Below, one piece after another: positions 41,901 through 53,133 of a stretch of DNA of 53,133 bases; the first letter of the stretch is position 1, and each line of letters opens with the position of its first letter. Position numbers and translations under genes: made by a program. The DNA lies in contig NOWV01000217.1 of assembly GCA_003344405.1 (NCBI GenBank), positions 62,001-115,133 of the forward strand. Direction: 5' to 3'. Below the pieces are notes generated by a model, which searched no databases, was not told the origin of the DNA, and worked only from the letters and a program-made list of their open reading frames with translations. The stretch comes from Trichoplax sp. H2. Lineage: Eukaryota.

Positions 41901-44900
41901 GCTAATACAGAAGTTAGGATTTTGAATAAACCATTAAATTTCTTTCTATTTACATTAATACATTTGAAGATATGACGCTATTCTAAGCGTCGAATAAAAA
42001 ACTGGCTTAAAAGATACAGATATTATATAAATCTTCATACCGTTCGTTGTATTTATTGCAATGATATTTCAGTAAACATCTGCTATCCAATTCTTCCAAT
42101 AGGGCTACAGCTTCATTTTGATTGCATTGCCATAAGCACATGATGGAATGGATTGGAATCTTAACTCTTTTAAAGACCCCAAGTTGTCTAAATAAATCCC
42201 TTTTCTTAATATCTAATTTATTAATACATATGGTGATGATCTCAAATAAATTAAATCTATATTCCACAAATTTTAGTTTAAAACTACTATCTTGAACTTC
42301 AGTCTTGGCCAGTACTTCTTGCCATTCTTGATCTGTTTTGAGACGCAAACCAGCTAGAATGACAACTGCCAGAGGTAAATATCGAATATTTTCTAGGATT
42401 TGTTTGACTAATTCATTTTGGCGTAATTTCTTAGTATATCTTTTATTTTGATATAAAGCCAATACTTGTATAGCTTCTTGATAGGTAAATTGCTCCTAGT
42501 TGTAGAGAGATATTGTCAGAAACTATACCAGTAGTAGCTAAAAAATATTTTGTATCGCCAGTTTACTATGGTCAGAAGATAACTTTTTATCTTGTACTAT
42601 GACAATTTGGTTGTAAAATAAACTTCTTTAATAGATGTGGCAATCTTATAGTATTCATATCTCTCTCATCTTATGTTAATTATGTAAAGTATAATCAATT
42701 TGATCCGAATAAGCAGATTTCATAATATATTGACAGATTTCGGAACTTTTCATAGTCCTACTTTAGACCTGATAAGCCATGATACTTTAAATAGATATAG
42801 TACATTTATAAATTTGTAGTTTATAAGGTCAAGTTAAATGCCATTAATGTAATGTATTTTTGTAATTGAAGTGTTGATTAATTAATGATTCTATTTCAAT
42901 TTCAAGTTATATTAGCAAGTCGATTACTATAATTACCGGAGCTTTAATATGATCGTAATTTTCTCGGGTTTGGGGATAAAGTAATGGAGTAATAACAATG
43001 GATTTATTTGCAAATGCTAAATAATCGAAGAATATTCCGTTTCGGACATCGTCAAAGACAAAGATAATTTCCGACTGGCTTTTATGGCCTAGAACATAAC
43101 GTCCATTTAAAGTATATTCAATTTCAGTCAATACAGTAATTAGTCAGTACTCTAGATTGAAAGTGCTAATCGATTGTTGTACGCTAATATCAAGAATTTA
43201 CTTCGAAAAATATGCCCACCAAAAATAATTTCTTACCTCGAAAATAGCGTCTTAAATAAGCATCCATTTCTTTTAAGCTTTGTGGCTGGCGATCCCACTG
43301 AATATCCAGTTGATGACATAGATTTATCAATATGTAGAGTAATTCATCTTCCTGAATATCGCCTACATCATTATGGAAGAAATAAATGACCACTATGCAT
43401 TAGCTTTCCGACTACATGAAAAGTTAGACGAATGTAAACATTTTATATCCAACTACTTATGGGAAACCCGTTATAAAATACTCATAGTTAGATCTTGATC
43501 TATCTAGGATTTATAAATTACTTTTTATTGTAAATTCTTAAAGTATGTACCTATTTTTACCCAATAGACACCATGTGGCTTAAAGCAATCTTGCTCTTCG
43601 ATCATTAATTTGACTGATTGAGCTACGCTTGTTGTCTTTCCGCAGCCAGATATTCCATAAATCAAGACATGGCCGCTACTGGAGTTAAGATCTTCAAGAT
43701 AACTACAAATAGTGTCAATAAAGTCTTCACGTATGATATAGCGATTTTCGGGCAATTGCGGGACATTGTGTAGTAAATCTATAATGGAAAATTAGTATAT
43801 TACTTCTCGTACATGAGCTTCTCCATCTATCTGACTATTTTAATAGTGCTATACTGTTTACAGAAAAATTTAAAAAGCCATAGTCTAGTTTTATTAACGT
43901 GAAAAGATAAAATTAATATTGTGTAGATATTGAATATGAACTACTAGAGCTATCTACCTCTTCTACAAAGAATAAGGTAGCAAAACTACTGCTAATTATA
44001 GTTTAATGTATGAAACTGGTGTTTAGATTCTTGACTTATATATTTCTAGCAGAATAACCACATCGAGATATTGTTGAGCTATTCGCACATTTATCGTACA
44101 AATAGTTATTCATGAGATTAATTTAATGACATAATTTGCTATTATTTCATAGCATTCTGATTGTAGTATTTAATAGCTACGTTTATAAATTAGGAAGCGG
44201 CTTCTAAAGTTGTTAACTCTACTTAAGAATAATACTCGTATGAGAATCTCTTGGTAAGCCTATAGGTACCTTGTGTTGAATATTCTGCTTGAGGGGCTCG
44301 ACCTAATGAAAGAAAAATAAAGTAAAAGGATAACTTATATGCACATTACCAAATTAGAATGATTTGATGACATCATTACTCTAAAAGACAAGTGGAAATG
44401 ACTATATCGTGCTTATTAATAAGCGCTATTCTATTTCTATAACTTCAAGGCAGAAGCACAATATCTTAGAGAGTACTATATTACTTTGATGTTGCAAATG
44501 ACGAAAGCAAATAAAGTAAAAGGATAATTTATAAGACATCACCGACTTAAATTAATTGTATGATATCAATACTCTATAGGATAATCGGGGTAGACTATAT
44601 TATGCTTATTAAGCGCTATTCTATTTCTATAGCTTCAAGACAGAAACATAATATCTTAGTAAGTACTTTATTGCTCCAATGTTGCAGATGATGAAGGCAA
44701 ATAAAGTAAAAGAATCATTTATATTTATAGGATTAGAATAATGTCATGACATTAACAGCCTACGAAATAAGTGAGGAATAATTGTATCGCGAATAGTAAG
44801 CGCTGTTCGATTTCCATGATTTCAAGGCAGAAACTTGCTATTCTAGCAATCATTTCATGACTTGGACATGGTAGACGATTGTATATCATTCTTAAGTGAG

Positions 44901-45623
44901 CACTTTTCCACTGTTTCCACGATCAAACTTAAAAAGGAAGCACAGCCTTTTGTAGCTAATTTACTGCTCAGACAGTAAAGATGATTCTACTGTATTAGTT
45001 CAGCTCTATCTACAGTCTAGTATAAAGTTAACGACAGAAACAGGATATCTGTGCGACTAACTTATTGCTTGGATTATTTCCATAACTAAATTAAAAAAAT
45101 AGTAACGTTCCCAATTTGGTGACTAGTCCATAGGCTAGATTGTGTAGATGACTACATTGTGCTTAAGTCAGGGCTATTCTGCAATCCAAATTAAATAAAA
45201 ACAGCAATACCATAATCTAATAACTAATTTTGTGGTTGGATAGGATCGGAAATGACTAATGGATGCCAAAGTTACATAGCGTAAAGAAATTTCATTAATA
45301 AGCAACTTACCACATTGGATATCGTAAATTGATTTAGCTTCTTCACGCAAGGCTTTGCCTAAGTTGCGCACTGTAGCAGCTTGATGTTGCTGTAATATTT
45401 GACAGAATTGGTAGAAATCTTCATCATCTCTAGTTTTCATTGCTTTAATAAAGGTGTCTATTCGATCTTTCCTTCGAATATAATATTTCAAATCATTCAC
45501 TTGATCGTCGGTTAAAATCTGCTTGGACTTTAGATCGGAGAATAATTCGTTCATCGGTACTCTTGCTAAAAGTTTATAATAATTATTTTCAATGACTTTT
45601 TCAAGGTATGGACTTAAGCCCAT
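35915..45623 (-). CDS. Apaf-1-like STAND protein (CARD + NB-ARC + HD2 + divergent beta-propeller-like region), 21 exons, ~1400 aa, with one frame break (possible pseudogene or assembly error)
   Basis: Exons 45623-45311 (CARD-like), 44302-44270, 43778-43551 (Walker A GISGCGKT; GVYWVKIG), 43362-43237, 43088-42937 (Walker B IFVFDDV), 42495-42041 (YLPLAV), 41580-41247 (LHE; YFYQYIIYH..LMTDFNWM), 41142-40958, 40856-40697, 40524-40405, 39246-39079, 38919-38737, 38668-38322 (frame break), 38240-38066, 37971-37802, 37687-37508, 37297-37160, 36935-36759, 36691-36507, 36395-36305, 36208-35915. All junctions are GT-AG and phase-compatible. Confidence 0.88.
44314..44835. repeat. ~3 diverged tandem copies of a ~190-bp unit in intron 1 of the Apaf-1-like gene
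   Basis: aaataaagtaaaag at ~44314, ~44509 and ~44699. Each is followed by taagcgct(a/g)ttc(t/g)atttc...ttcaag(g/a)cagaa. Confidence 0.85.
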
Positions 45624-47445
45624 GTTGGCTTCTCTTTTAACAGGGTTGGGCTAGTGAGGCTACAGTAGTTAAAGATTCATTTGTAATTATTGGAAGACCT
45701 TATCAAGGTCCAAATTTCTGATATTGAATTCGAGGATGAAAAATCTTTATGATCATCTAGCGATAATCCATTCAATTCATTGGATCCAATACTAAAGCGA
45801 ATAAAAGTAGAGATGGTGTACTAATTTTGTGCTCTATGTGGCTTCTAGTTTGAAGGGAATTGCTTAAAATCTTTCGACATGGCAACGAATGAATTCGACG
45901 TATACCATATGATAGAAATATCTTACTCTTCTGCCCAGCAAGAAAATGAAAATCGTGTAACTTTATTTCAACTTAGTTAATGTTCATATATAGTGCTTGC
46001 TTAAGTATTTCTTGGTATAGCGGCTGATTAATGAAATACTGTATAAAGGAATAATTTAGTTAGGCTACATATTAAATAGTCATTAAACCGATGGAAATAA
46101 TTAGCATTACCAATTTTAAATAGAACTAAATCAGTTAAGAACGGACTAGACTTCTAGTACTGGATTGCCATTCAGTAGGATATCAATAATAACATTCCAA
46201 CCTTTTATAATTTAATTCTTTGCCAGGATAGATAGTATTGAATTGTTTTAAAAGAAGACCACCAACACTGATGAAAATGTAACGCTGCTGGAAATCCATT
46301 ATAGCTATGTTTTGCTATATGGGTACGGATAATGGAGTCATGACAATGGTTTCCTGTACGCAAAAGGATAACGCCTATTTCATTTGAATTCATGGTTATA
46401 ATTAAATAATCTATATTCTCGACTATTAATAAGCTGATGAATATAAACTAGACCATGGAATATTGGAGGAGATTTAAACCAGCAATGCATCTATTGAATA
46501 TTCATGATTTGCCTTGTTATATTCTTATTGATAAATTGTAGCTAACATAACTGGGTAGAGTTGAAAGTTTTTAACCAAGTTTTGGAAACCTAATGTTAAT
46601 AAATCATCTTTTACGCGATATTAGGAAGATAATTAGGTTAAAGAACGTTATAGTTGTCCTTTGATCTAATGATATTCTTTCATGTTAATTAGGAAGTCTT
46701 CTTTTTATAGAATAATACTTCATATTGCAGATAATTAATATTGCTTAGTCCTTGCATTCAATCTTAGCTATTATGCTATAGGCTCTCTTTATTCATTTTA
46801 ATGAATAAGAAATAGCTGCTTAGCAATACTAATTAATGACAAAATAGTAATTAGAAAAGCAGACGCATACATGTAAAGTGTTGTTATGTTTTAACTCTAC
46901 AGCCGAAAGGTAATATAGTGGTAATCTGCAATTAAAGTCCTTTGGGCATCGCATAGTGTGTAAGATGTATTTTTCTCAAATACCTGAACATTTATCTTCC
47001 AATCTCAGTTAAACTAACTGATCCTTGTTTCTGCTCTAGTGTTCAATTCGGAATTTATATTGCAGATAAATGAATGGTATAAATAGTTTATCAACTAAAT
47101 TACTGATGATTGATCATTTATAGAGGTTGTAATTTCCTGTCTCTCATTTCTCTTAGTTATTCATTCTTAAAAAAGTATTCTGTAGAATGTGAAAACCCTT
47201 CATAAACATCGAACACTTAGAATTATTATCCTGCAATAAGAATTCTTGAGTCCATCTACCACATAGCACATAGATGGCGTTACATATTTTCGTGTTTTTA
47301 ACAACGACGAAAGGGCGCTGCCATGGGTTCCCAATTTTATTTCTTCCTGTAATAGATGACATTCTAGCTAAGAGAATCTTAATGGATTTATTTTATTACG
47401 ATCTAATTCATAATTTAAAAAACCAGAGGTTAATAATTTGGATAG

Positions 47446-47487
47446 AATAATAAATAATAATAATAATAATAATAATAAATATAATAA
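47446..47487. repeat. (TAA)n microsatellite
   Basis: Run of aat/taa triplets; absent from the paralogous flank at ~51810. Confidence 0.85.
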
Positions 47488-48207
47488 GCTCACACCGTTA
47501 TTAGAAAAAATGCATAAATACGAACATATTATGATACCATACGAGAGATCTCGTACATGCCTAACTGTAGTCAATTTTTAATGACTGGGTTGCCGTTGTT
47601 ATTATTAATATAGTCATGATTATAGCTGTAACTGTGGATTCAGGACTTAAATTATACGTGTATGTATATTTTTAGTTGTATACAATCATTATTTGCTTAC
47701 CAAAAAGCTGCTGAATTGAGTGCATTTATGACAGCATTGACTATGGTCGTCTAATGAACTAACCTAATATACAAGTGTAAGGCGGTTGCTTGTGATCATC
47801 AACGACATAGCAAATGTTCTCGATATACATTATCTTGGTCTATTTCAGATGTTACACATTGAAAAGCGGCTTTTGAATATATTTTTATAGCTTAAAATAA
47901 CAGTTTTACATTGTGGTAGAACCTTGAAGAACCTACAAGAAATGCATACGTAGGGATTAAAAAATTGATAAGTTTTCAAACATGATTGCGAATGATCTCT
48001 TGGATGACAAGACCTTATGATTAGCTATCTTATTGCATATGGAATGGAATAGACATATCTTCCATGCAATATAAAATTATTTAACTTAGTCTATGGTATT
48101 GTTTTACTCATATGAAGTAGGACTAAGCTCATGCTGTACAGTATACTTGAATATGAAGGAAAATAAGGCAATCCAGATTGAGCACAAGTTAGAACGCTAT
48201 TAACAGG

Positions 48208-49449
48208 TTACAGTTTTGGAGTCAGTTTAAAGCATAACTTGAAAGCTTCCTGTGGTATATCATAATGCCAGTTGTCATGGGTAATCGTCAGTGCTCCAAC
48301 TCGACCTATTTCATCAGAAGATTTTGCAGCACATCCATTGCCACCACTTAATAACACCATATTTTCAGTTATTTTATCAATCATGACATGGCTATGTGGT
48401 GTAATTGTATAAGCACAACCATCAGGTTTTATGGACACTGGCTTAAATCCGGGTAGAACACTGAGCATTGCTTTAGTTAATATATCTGTAGTTTTAGGAT
48501 CACCGTGGCCATGAAACCACTTAAGTACGTCCTTATGAGTAGGCATTATTTTAATTAAATCACCGCCATGACCGATTTTTAGATAATATTGACCGTCTGG
48601 ATAAAGAACTGGAGGCAATGAATACCAGTATTCCATCGGATCTTCTGGGTATAGATACACCATACATGGCATGTTGCTATAACGTTGTCTGTCAGCAGCA
48701 TTGACTTGTAATTTAACTACAGTTTGTGTGCCACATTGAATGTCTAACCGTTGGCGAATGTCATCCGGTATAATTTCTTTAAATAAGGTAAAGGCTCCCG
48801 TTGCTACTACGATTTTACGACTGGTGATAACTTTATTGGTTTCGGTGATGATTATATAATCGCCGTCGTTATTTCTACTGACCTTATTGACAATCTCTCG
48901 AACGAGAGTACAGCCATTATCAGTAGCTGCTTTGATTTCCGCTTCTACTTGGCCACGAGGAGAGATATAACCAGCATCAGTGGACTCATATAATCCAATA
49001 AAGTCATGAGGAACTTGTAAGTAAGGAAATCGTCGTTTTAACTCAGTATAACTTAATTGTTCGTAGTTAAACCCAATCATTTCTGCTACTTTGTTGATTT
49101 GAGCAATTTTAGGATCATCTTTGGATCCAAGGACAAGAAATCCACGTTCATGATAGTATTGGACACCAGTAGCTTTCTCCAATTGTCGATAACGTGGTAT
49201 CGATCGATTAGCTAATTGGCACCATACCGGATCTGCATCGAGATGTCTAGTAATTCTACCTTGATCATAATATGCAGCGAAAACACTTCGACCACTCTGA
49301 TGGCGTGGTACTGTTGGCTCATCAGGGCCGACAAGGCATATTTTACCCTTGTAAATTTGGGTTAAATGGCGTGCACAAGCAGATCCCATGGATCCAGCAC
49401 CAATGACAGTGATATCGTAGTGACCAAGTGTGTTGTGACGATCTCCCAT
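48208..49449 (-). CDS. Intronless FAD-dependent amine oxidase, sarcosine/pipecolate oxidase (DAO) superfamily, 413 aa
   Basis: Rossmann motif YDITVIGAGSMGSA, GRITR, GYISP, VVATGAF, YLKIG, CAYTITPH.HVMID (matching the region of the covalent-FAD cysteine of monomeric sarcosine oxidase) and GGNGCAAKSSDEIG. Ends in PKL. Confidence 0.9.
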   Translation of the reverse strand: MGDRHNTLGHYDITVIGAGSMGSACARHLTQIYKGKICLVGPDEPTVPRHQSGRSVFAAYYDQGRITRHLDADPVWCQLANRSIPRYRQLEKATGVQYYHERGFLVLGSKDDPKIAQINKVAEMIGFNYEQLSYTELKRRFPYLQVPHDFIGLYESTDAGYISPRGQVEAEIKAATDNGCTLVREIVNKVSRNNDGDYIIITETNKVITSRKIVVATGAFTLFKEIIPDDIRQRLDIQCGTQTVVKLQVNAADRQRYSNMPCMVYLYPEDPMEYWYSLPPVLYPDGQYYLKIGHGGDLIKIMPTHKDVLKWFHGHGDPKTTDILTKAMLSVLPGFKPVSIKPDGCAYTITPHSHVMIDKITENMVLLSGGNGCAAKSSDEIGRVGALTITHDNWHYDIPQEAFKLCFKLTPKL

Positions 49450-50214
49450 TTTGATTAAGTGGTCCAGGGTTTAATTTTAAATTAATGCTTGCTGTCAGAC
49501 ACTGTCAATAGATGGTAAAATGGAGACTAATAATCACCGTTTCTACCACACTTGTAGCAACAATTGAAGGAGAAATAGCTGAACAAGCTAAGCGCTATTA
49601 GGACAACAGTCTAGTGTAACTGAGTAAGAAATGCTTGCTGTACTTCTATAATGTTCGCTGTGTTGTTCAAGTTGTTGTCTCCGACAGACAATTGTCCTAA
49701 CGTTAGTTGTAACCGCTTGAAGAAGTTTCTCACCAAGCCCAACGCCACTTCGACAACAGTTTACTGTCACTGAATACTATAATACTTGGCGTAGCTCTAT
49801 AATGTTAGCTTTGTCTTGTTGTCGATACCGTCTGCAGTCACTGTCGCTTTGCTACTTATAGCAATCACTTGAAGAAGAAGTAGAAGCAATATTTCAGCAA
49901 GCCTAAAAAGATGCTACCAACTGTGGCGGCAATAAAGGCTAAAATGATATCATCTGTACGGTATTATATTATGCCATTGACGAGTGCTTACCGCATAAGT
50001 ATCATAAGCTAATTGCAAATATTAAAAGACAATACTGCACTCGATGCTTTCATGAAAGCACTATGCAAACCATGAAAGGTAAGGAATTAAATGTAAAATA
50101 GTGATTCAATACGTAGCTCCAATGAATAAATTAATTACTATTTAGGAATAAACCAGCTGAAAGATGCCATTTGAGAATGAATTACTTTGCTCTATTTGGA
50201 CTACGATAGTAGGT

Positions 50215-50960
50215 CAGACGGACCCCTATTAGCCTTGCAGTGTAGAAGTAGTGGACAGGATCAGCTACAATTGCAACTAGATTATTATGATTTAATTGGG
50301 TTTAGCTCTTATTTTACTACCTAAAGCTGCTCTTAAACTGTAGATTAATCATCGATCAATTAGAATGACATCATTTTCTCCGATATCTATGTATTCGAGT
50401 CATTATGGCTTAAAAAGTACCCGGATCTCTATCAACTTTCCAATACAGAAATTGTGATTAAGGCTCCTATAATTATAATTGATTGATCAGGTTTAATTCA
50501 TATTTTACTGTCTATAACTGCTCTTAAACTGTGGATTAATTATCGATCAATTATGACGATATTTGGAAATTTGTGTGTTAAAGTCGTTATAGTCTAAAAA
50601 AACTACCCGGACCCTTACCAGCCTTCCAATGCAGAAGTAGTATTTTAGTTAAGACTCTTATACAGTAATTAGTTGATCAGGTTCAACTCATATTCTACTA
50701 CCTAGAGCTGCTATTAAACTGTAGATTAATCATCGATATCATTTTCTCCGGCATTTTGTCTGATAAAGTCTCTATGAGTTAAAAATGAACTACCCGAACC
50801 CTTGTCAGTCTTCCAAATTTCAATAATGAAACTACTGTGGTATTATAGTTAAGACTTTCATAATTATAATATACTGTATACTGTAATTCATTGATCCGGT
50901 CTACAGTAGCTCATGTTTTATTACTTAAAGCTGCTCTGAAACTGTAAATTAATCATCATT
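50215..50960. repeat. 3-4 diverged tandem copies of a ~190-220-bp unit
   Basis: ctgct(c/a)t(t/g)aaactgt...ttaat(c/t)atc at ~50327, ~50518, ~50708 and ~50931. Shared taccc(g)ga..c, ttccaa and ttgatc(a/c)ggt blocks. Confidence 0.85.
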
Positions 50961-51054
50961 ATTTACTGATCAGTTTTATACGTATAATTATCATATAATC
51001 GTGTAAAGAGATTGAAAATAAATATATATACACAACAGAAGACTGTATGATAAT

Positions 51055-51362
51055 TTCAAGTGTAATTTTAAATTCGTCACTGGAAATATCGAAATTCAAG
51101 ATTTATTCATAACTTAAGGTTAATTTAGGTAGTCAATTTAACAATGGTTCTAGTTGATACATTAAAGTAATTTAATCAACATTGATCAGTTACCCTATTG
51201 TAATCCTGTAAAAAACATGCTATATTAAAAAAGTAATACACAGCACATCATGCCTTCAAGTATAATTTAAATTCATCGCTGGAAATGCCGTAATTTCAAG
51301 ATTCATTGATGATAACTTAATATTAAATTAGATGATCAATCTAACGATAGCTAAAGTTGATA
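51055..51362. repeat. Two diverged copies of a ~105-bp segment, 200 bp apart
   Basis: ttcaagt(g/a)taattt(t)aaattc..tc.ctggaaat..cg...ttcaagatt...ataacttaa at 51055 and 51255. Confidence 0.75.
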
Positions 51363-51407
51363 AAGTGAGCAAATCCAAGGTTCAATAACCTTTATCGATT
51401 ATTTGTT

Positions 51408-52725
51408 ACATTTATCCTCCAATCTCCATGAAGCTAACCGTTTCCTTGTTTCTGCTCTGGTGTTCAATTAAGAATATATGTTACAGACAAAAATGGTCTA
51501 TCAACTAAAAACTGAGTATTGATCATTACAAAGGTTGTAATTTCCTGCCTCTTATTTCAGTTAGTTATTGATTCTTAAATAAATAGTTCGTAGATTGTGA
51601 AATTTCATGAACTTCAAACAATTCGAATTATTATTTTGTAGTAAGAAATTCTTGACTAAATCTACTGCATGGCACATTGGTAGAATTACAGATTTCGTGT
51701 TGCCAACTACGATAAAAGAGCACCGACATAGCTAAGAGAATCTTATTAGATTTGTTTTTGTACGATCTAATTCATAATTTAATAAACCAGAGGTTCAAAA
51801 TTTGGATAGAAAAGCAAGTTCACACCGTTACTAGAAAAAGGCATAAAGATGCTATAATATTATACGAGATATCTCGTACATGGCTAACTGTAGCCAATGT
51901 TTAATGAATGAGTTGCCGTTGTTATTATCAACCTATCCATGATTGTAGCTATAATAGTGGATTCAGGACTTGGATTGTACGTGTATTTTTTAGTTACATA
52001 CATTCCCTATTCACTTACAAAAATGTTACTGAATTGAGAGCATTTAAGACAACATTGACTACGGTCGCTTAATTAATGAGCTAATCTAGCATACAAGTGT
52101 AAGGTGTTTGCTTGTGAAGGCTATTAAATACATTTTCGTAGCTTAAAACAACAGTTTTACATCGTAGTAAAACATTGAAAAATCTGCAAGAAAATGCGTA
52201 CAGAGGCATTGAAAAATGGATACATTTTCAAACACAATTGCGAATAATCTATTGAGTGCTAAGGCCTTATGATTAGCTATCCTAATACATAAAGAATGTA
52301 CTGTATATGTCTTCCATCCATTATAAAATTAACTTTTGTCTATAGTATAATATTAATCATATGAAGTAGAACTAAGCTCATATACTTGAATATGAAGGAA
52401 AATAAGGGCAATCCAGATTGAGCACAAGTTAGAACGCTATTAATAGGTTACAGTTTTGGAGTCAGTTTAAAGCATAACTTGAAAGCTTCCTGTGGTATAT
52501 CATAATGCCAGTTGTCATGGGTAATCGTCAGTGCTCCAACTCGACCTATTTCATCAGAAGATTTTGCAGCATATCCATTGCCACCACTTAATAACACCAT
52601 ATTTTCAGTAATTTTATCAATCATGACATGGCTATGTGGTGTGATTGTATAAGCACAACCATCAGGTTTTATGGATACTGGCTTAAATCCGGGTAGAACA
52701 CTGAGCATTGCTTTAGTTAATATAT
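51408..52725. repeat. Tandem segmental duplicate of 46988-48485 (3' flank and 3' end of the oxidase gene)
   Basis: Colinear blocks such as acatttatc.tccaatctc, tccttgtttctgctct.gtgttcaatt, agctaagagaatctta, tacgatctaattcataattt and gtggattcaggactt. Confidence 0.93.
52448..52725 (-). CDS. Second copy of the sarcosine-oxidase-family gene; only the C-terminal ~92 codons are visible before the gap
   Basis: Identical to 48208-48485 except for 4 substitutions (3 synonymous, 1 Cys/Tyr: GNGC versus GNGY). Confidence 0.9.
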
Positions 52726-52775
52726 NNNNNNNNNNNNNNNNNNNNNNNNNNNNNNNNNNNNNNNNNNNNNNNNNN
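52726..52775. other. Assembly gap (50 N)
   Basis: Run of N. The sequence after it does not continue the oxidase ORF. Confidence 0.99.
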
Positions 52776-53133
52776 TTGATGACCTCATGTCCCCTAAATG
52801 GACATGAAGGAGAGTTTCAGTCACGTTTACTCTATAGCATCGATTTATTGACGGACAAGAACGGCTATGCTTGCGTTATTCAGCTTGTGGACCATAGTAG
52901 GAAAGGAGTTACAGAAACAGCGAACTCCTACGGACCCTCTGCAAAATAACCTAGGAAATGGGGATGAACATAATGTAACTAGTGGCGGTACATTGACTGT
53001 AGTCTCCTTATTGGATGTGCAGGGGGTGATTTTAGTCAGGGACTGGAATGATAACCAATTTTTGCCTTGGAAGTCATATTAGAGCAATTAGTACTGCATA
53101 GTCCCTGCAGGACTTGAAAAAGCCGCCGGAAGT

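Noticed and set aside
46205..47574. Short minus-strand ORFs between the Apaf-1-like gene and the oxidase
   Set aside because: No motifs. One is driven by the (TAA)n tract, and the frames are not preserved in the duplicated flank.
52671..53082. Plus-strand ORFs spanning or following the gap
   Set aside because: One is an artefact of reading through Ns; neither resembles a known protein.

Overview
AT-rich eukaryotic (animal) genomic DNA with many short GT-AG introns. The gene set and style suggest a compact early-branching metazoan such as a placozoan (inference; not provable from this window). By manual splicing I find seven genes plus one partial paralog: an intronless atypical rhodopsin-class GPCR (+); mitochondrial DNA polymerase gamma POLG (-, ~20 exons); cytosolic asparaginyl-tRNA synthetase NARS1 (+, ~23 exons); a UDP-glycosyltransferase (+, 3 exons); mitochondrial Lon protease LONP1 (+); a 21-exon CARD/NB-ARC/HD2 Apaf-1-like gene with a divergent propeller-like C-terminus (-); and an intronless sarcosine-oxidase-family flavoenzyme (-), with a second, nearly identical copy cut by a 50-N gap. 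The best candidate for something new is the Apaf-1-like gene. It has altered nucleotide-switch motifs (sensor-1, GxP, MHD), a sensor region unlike canonical Apaf-1, and a single frame break that a perfect 17-nt GT-AG segment would repair. Next is the intronless duplicated oxidase, which shows a gene-conversion-like pattern. No rRNA, tRNA, CRISPR or recognisable transposase was seen. All exon coordinates are read by eye.
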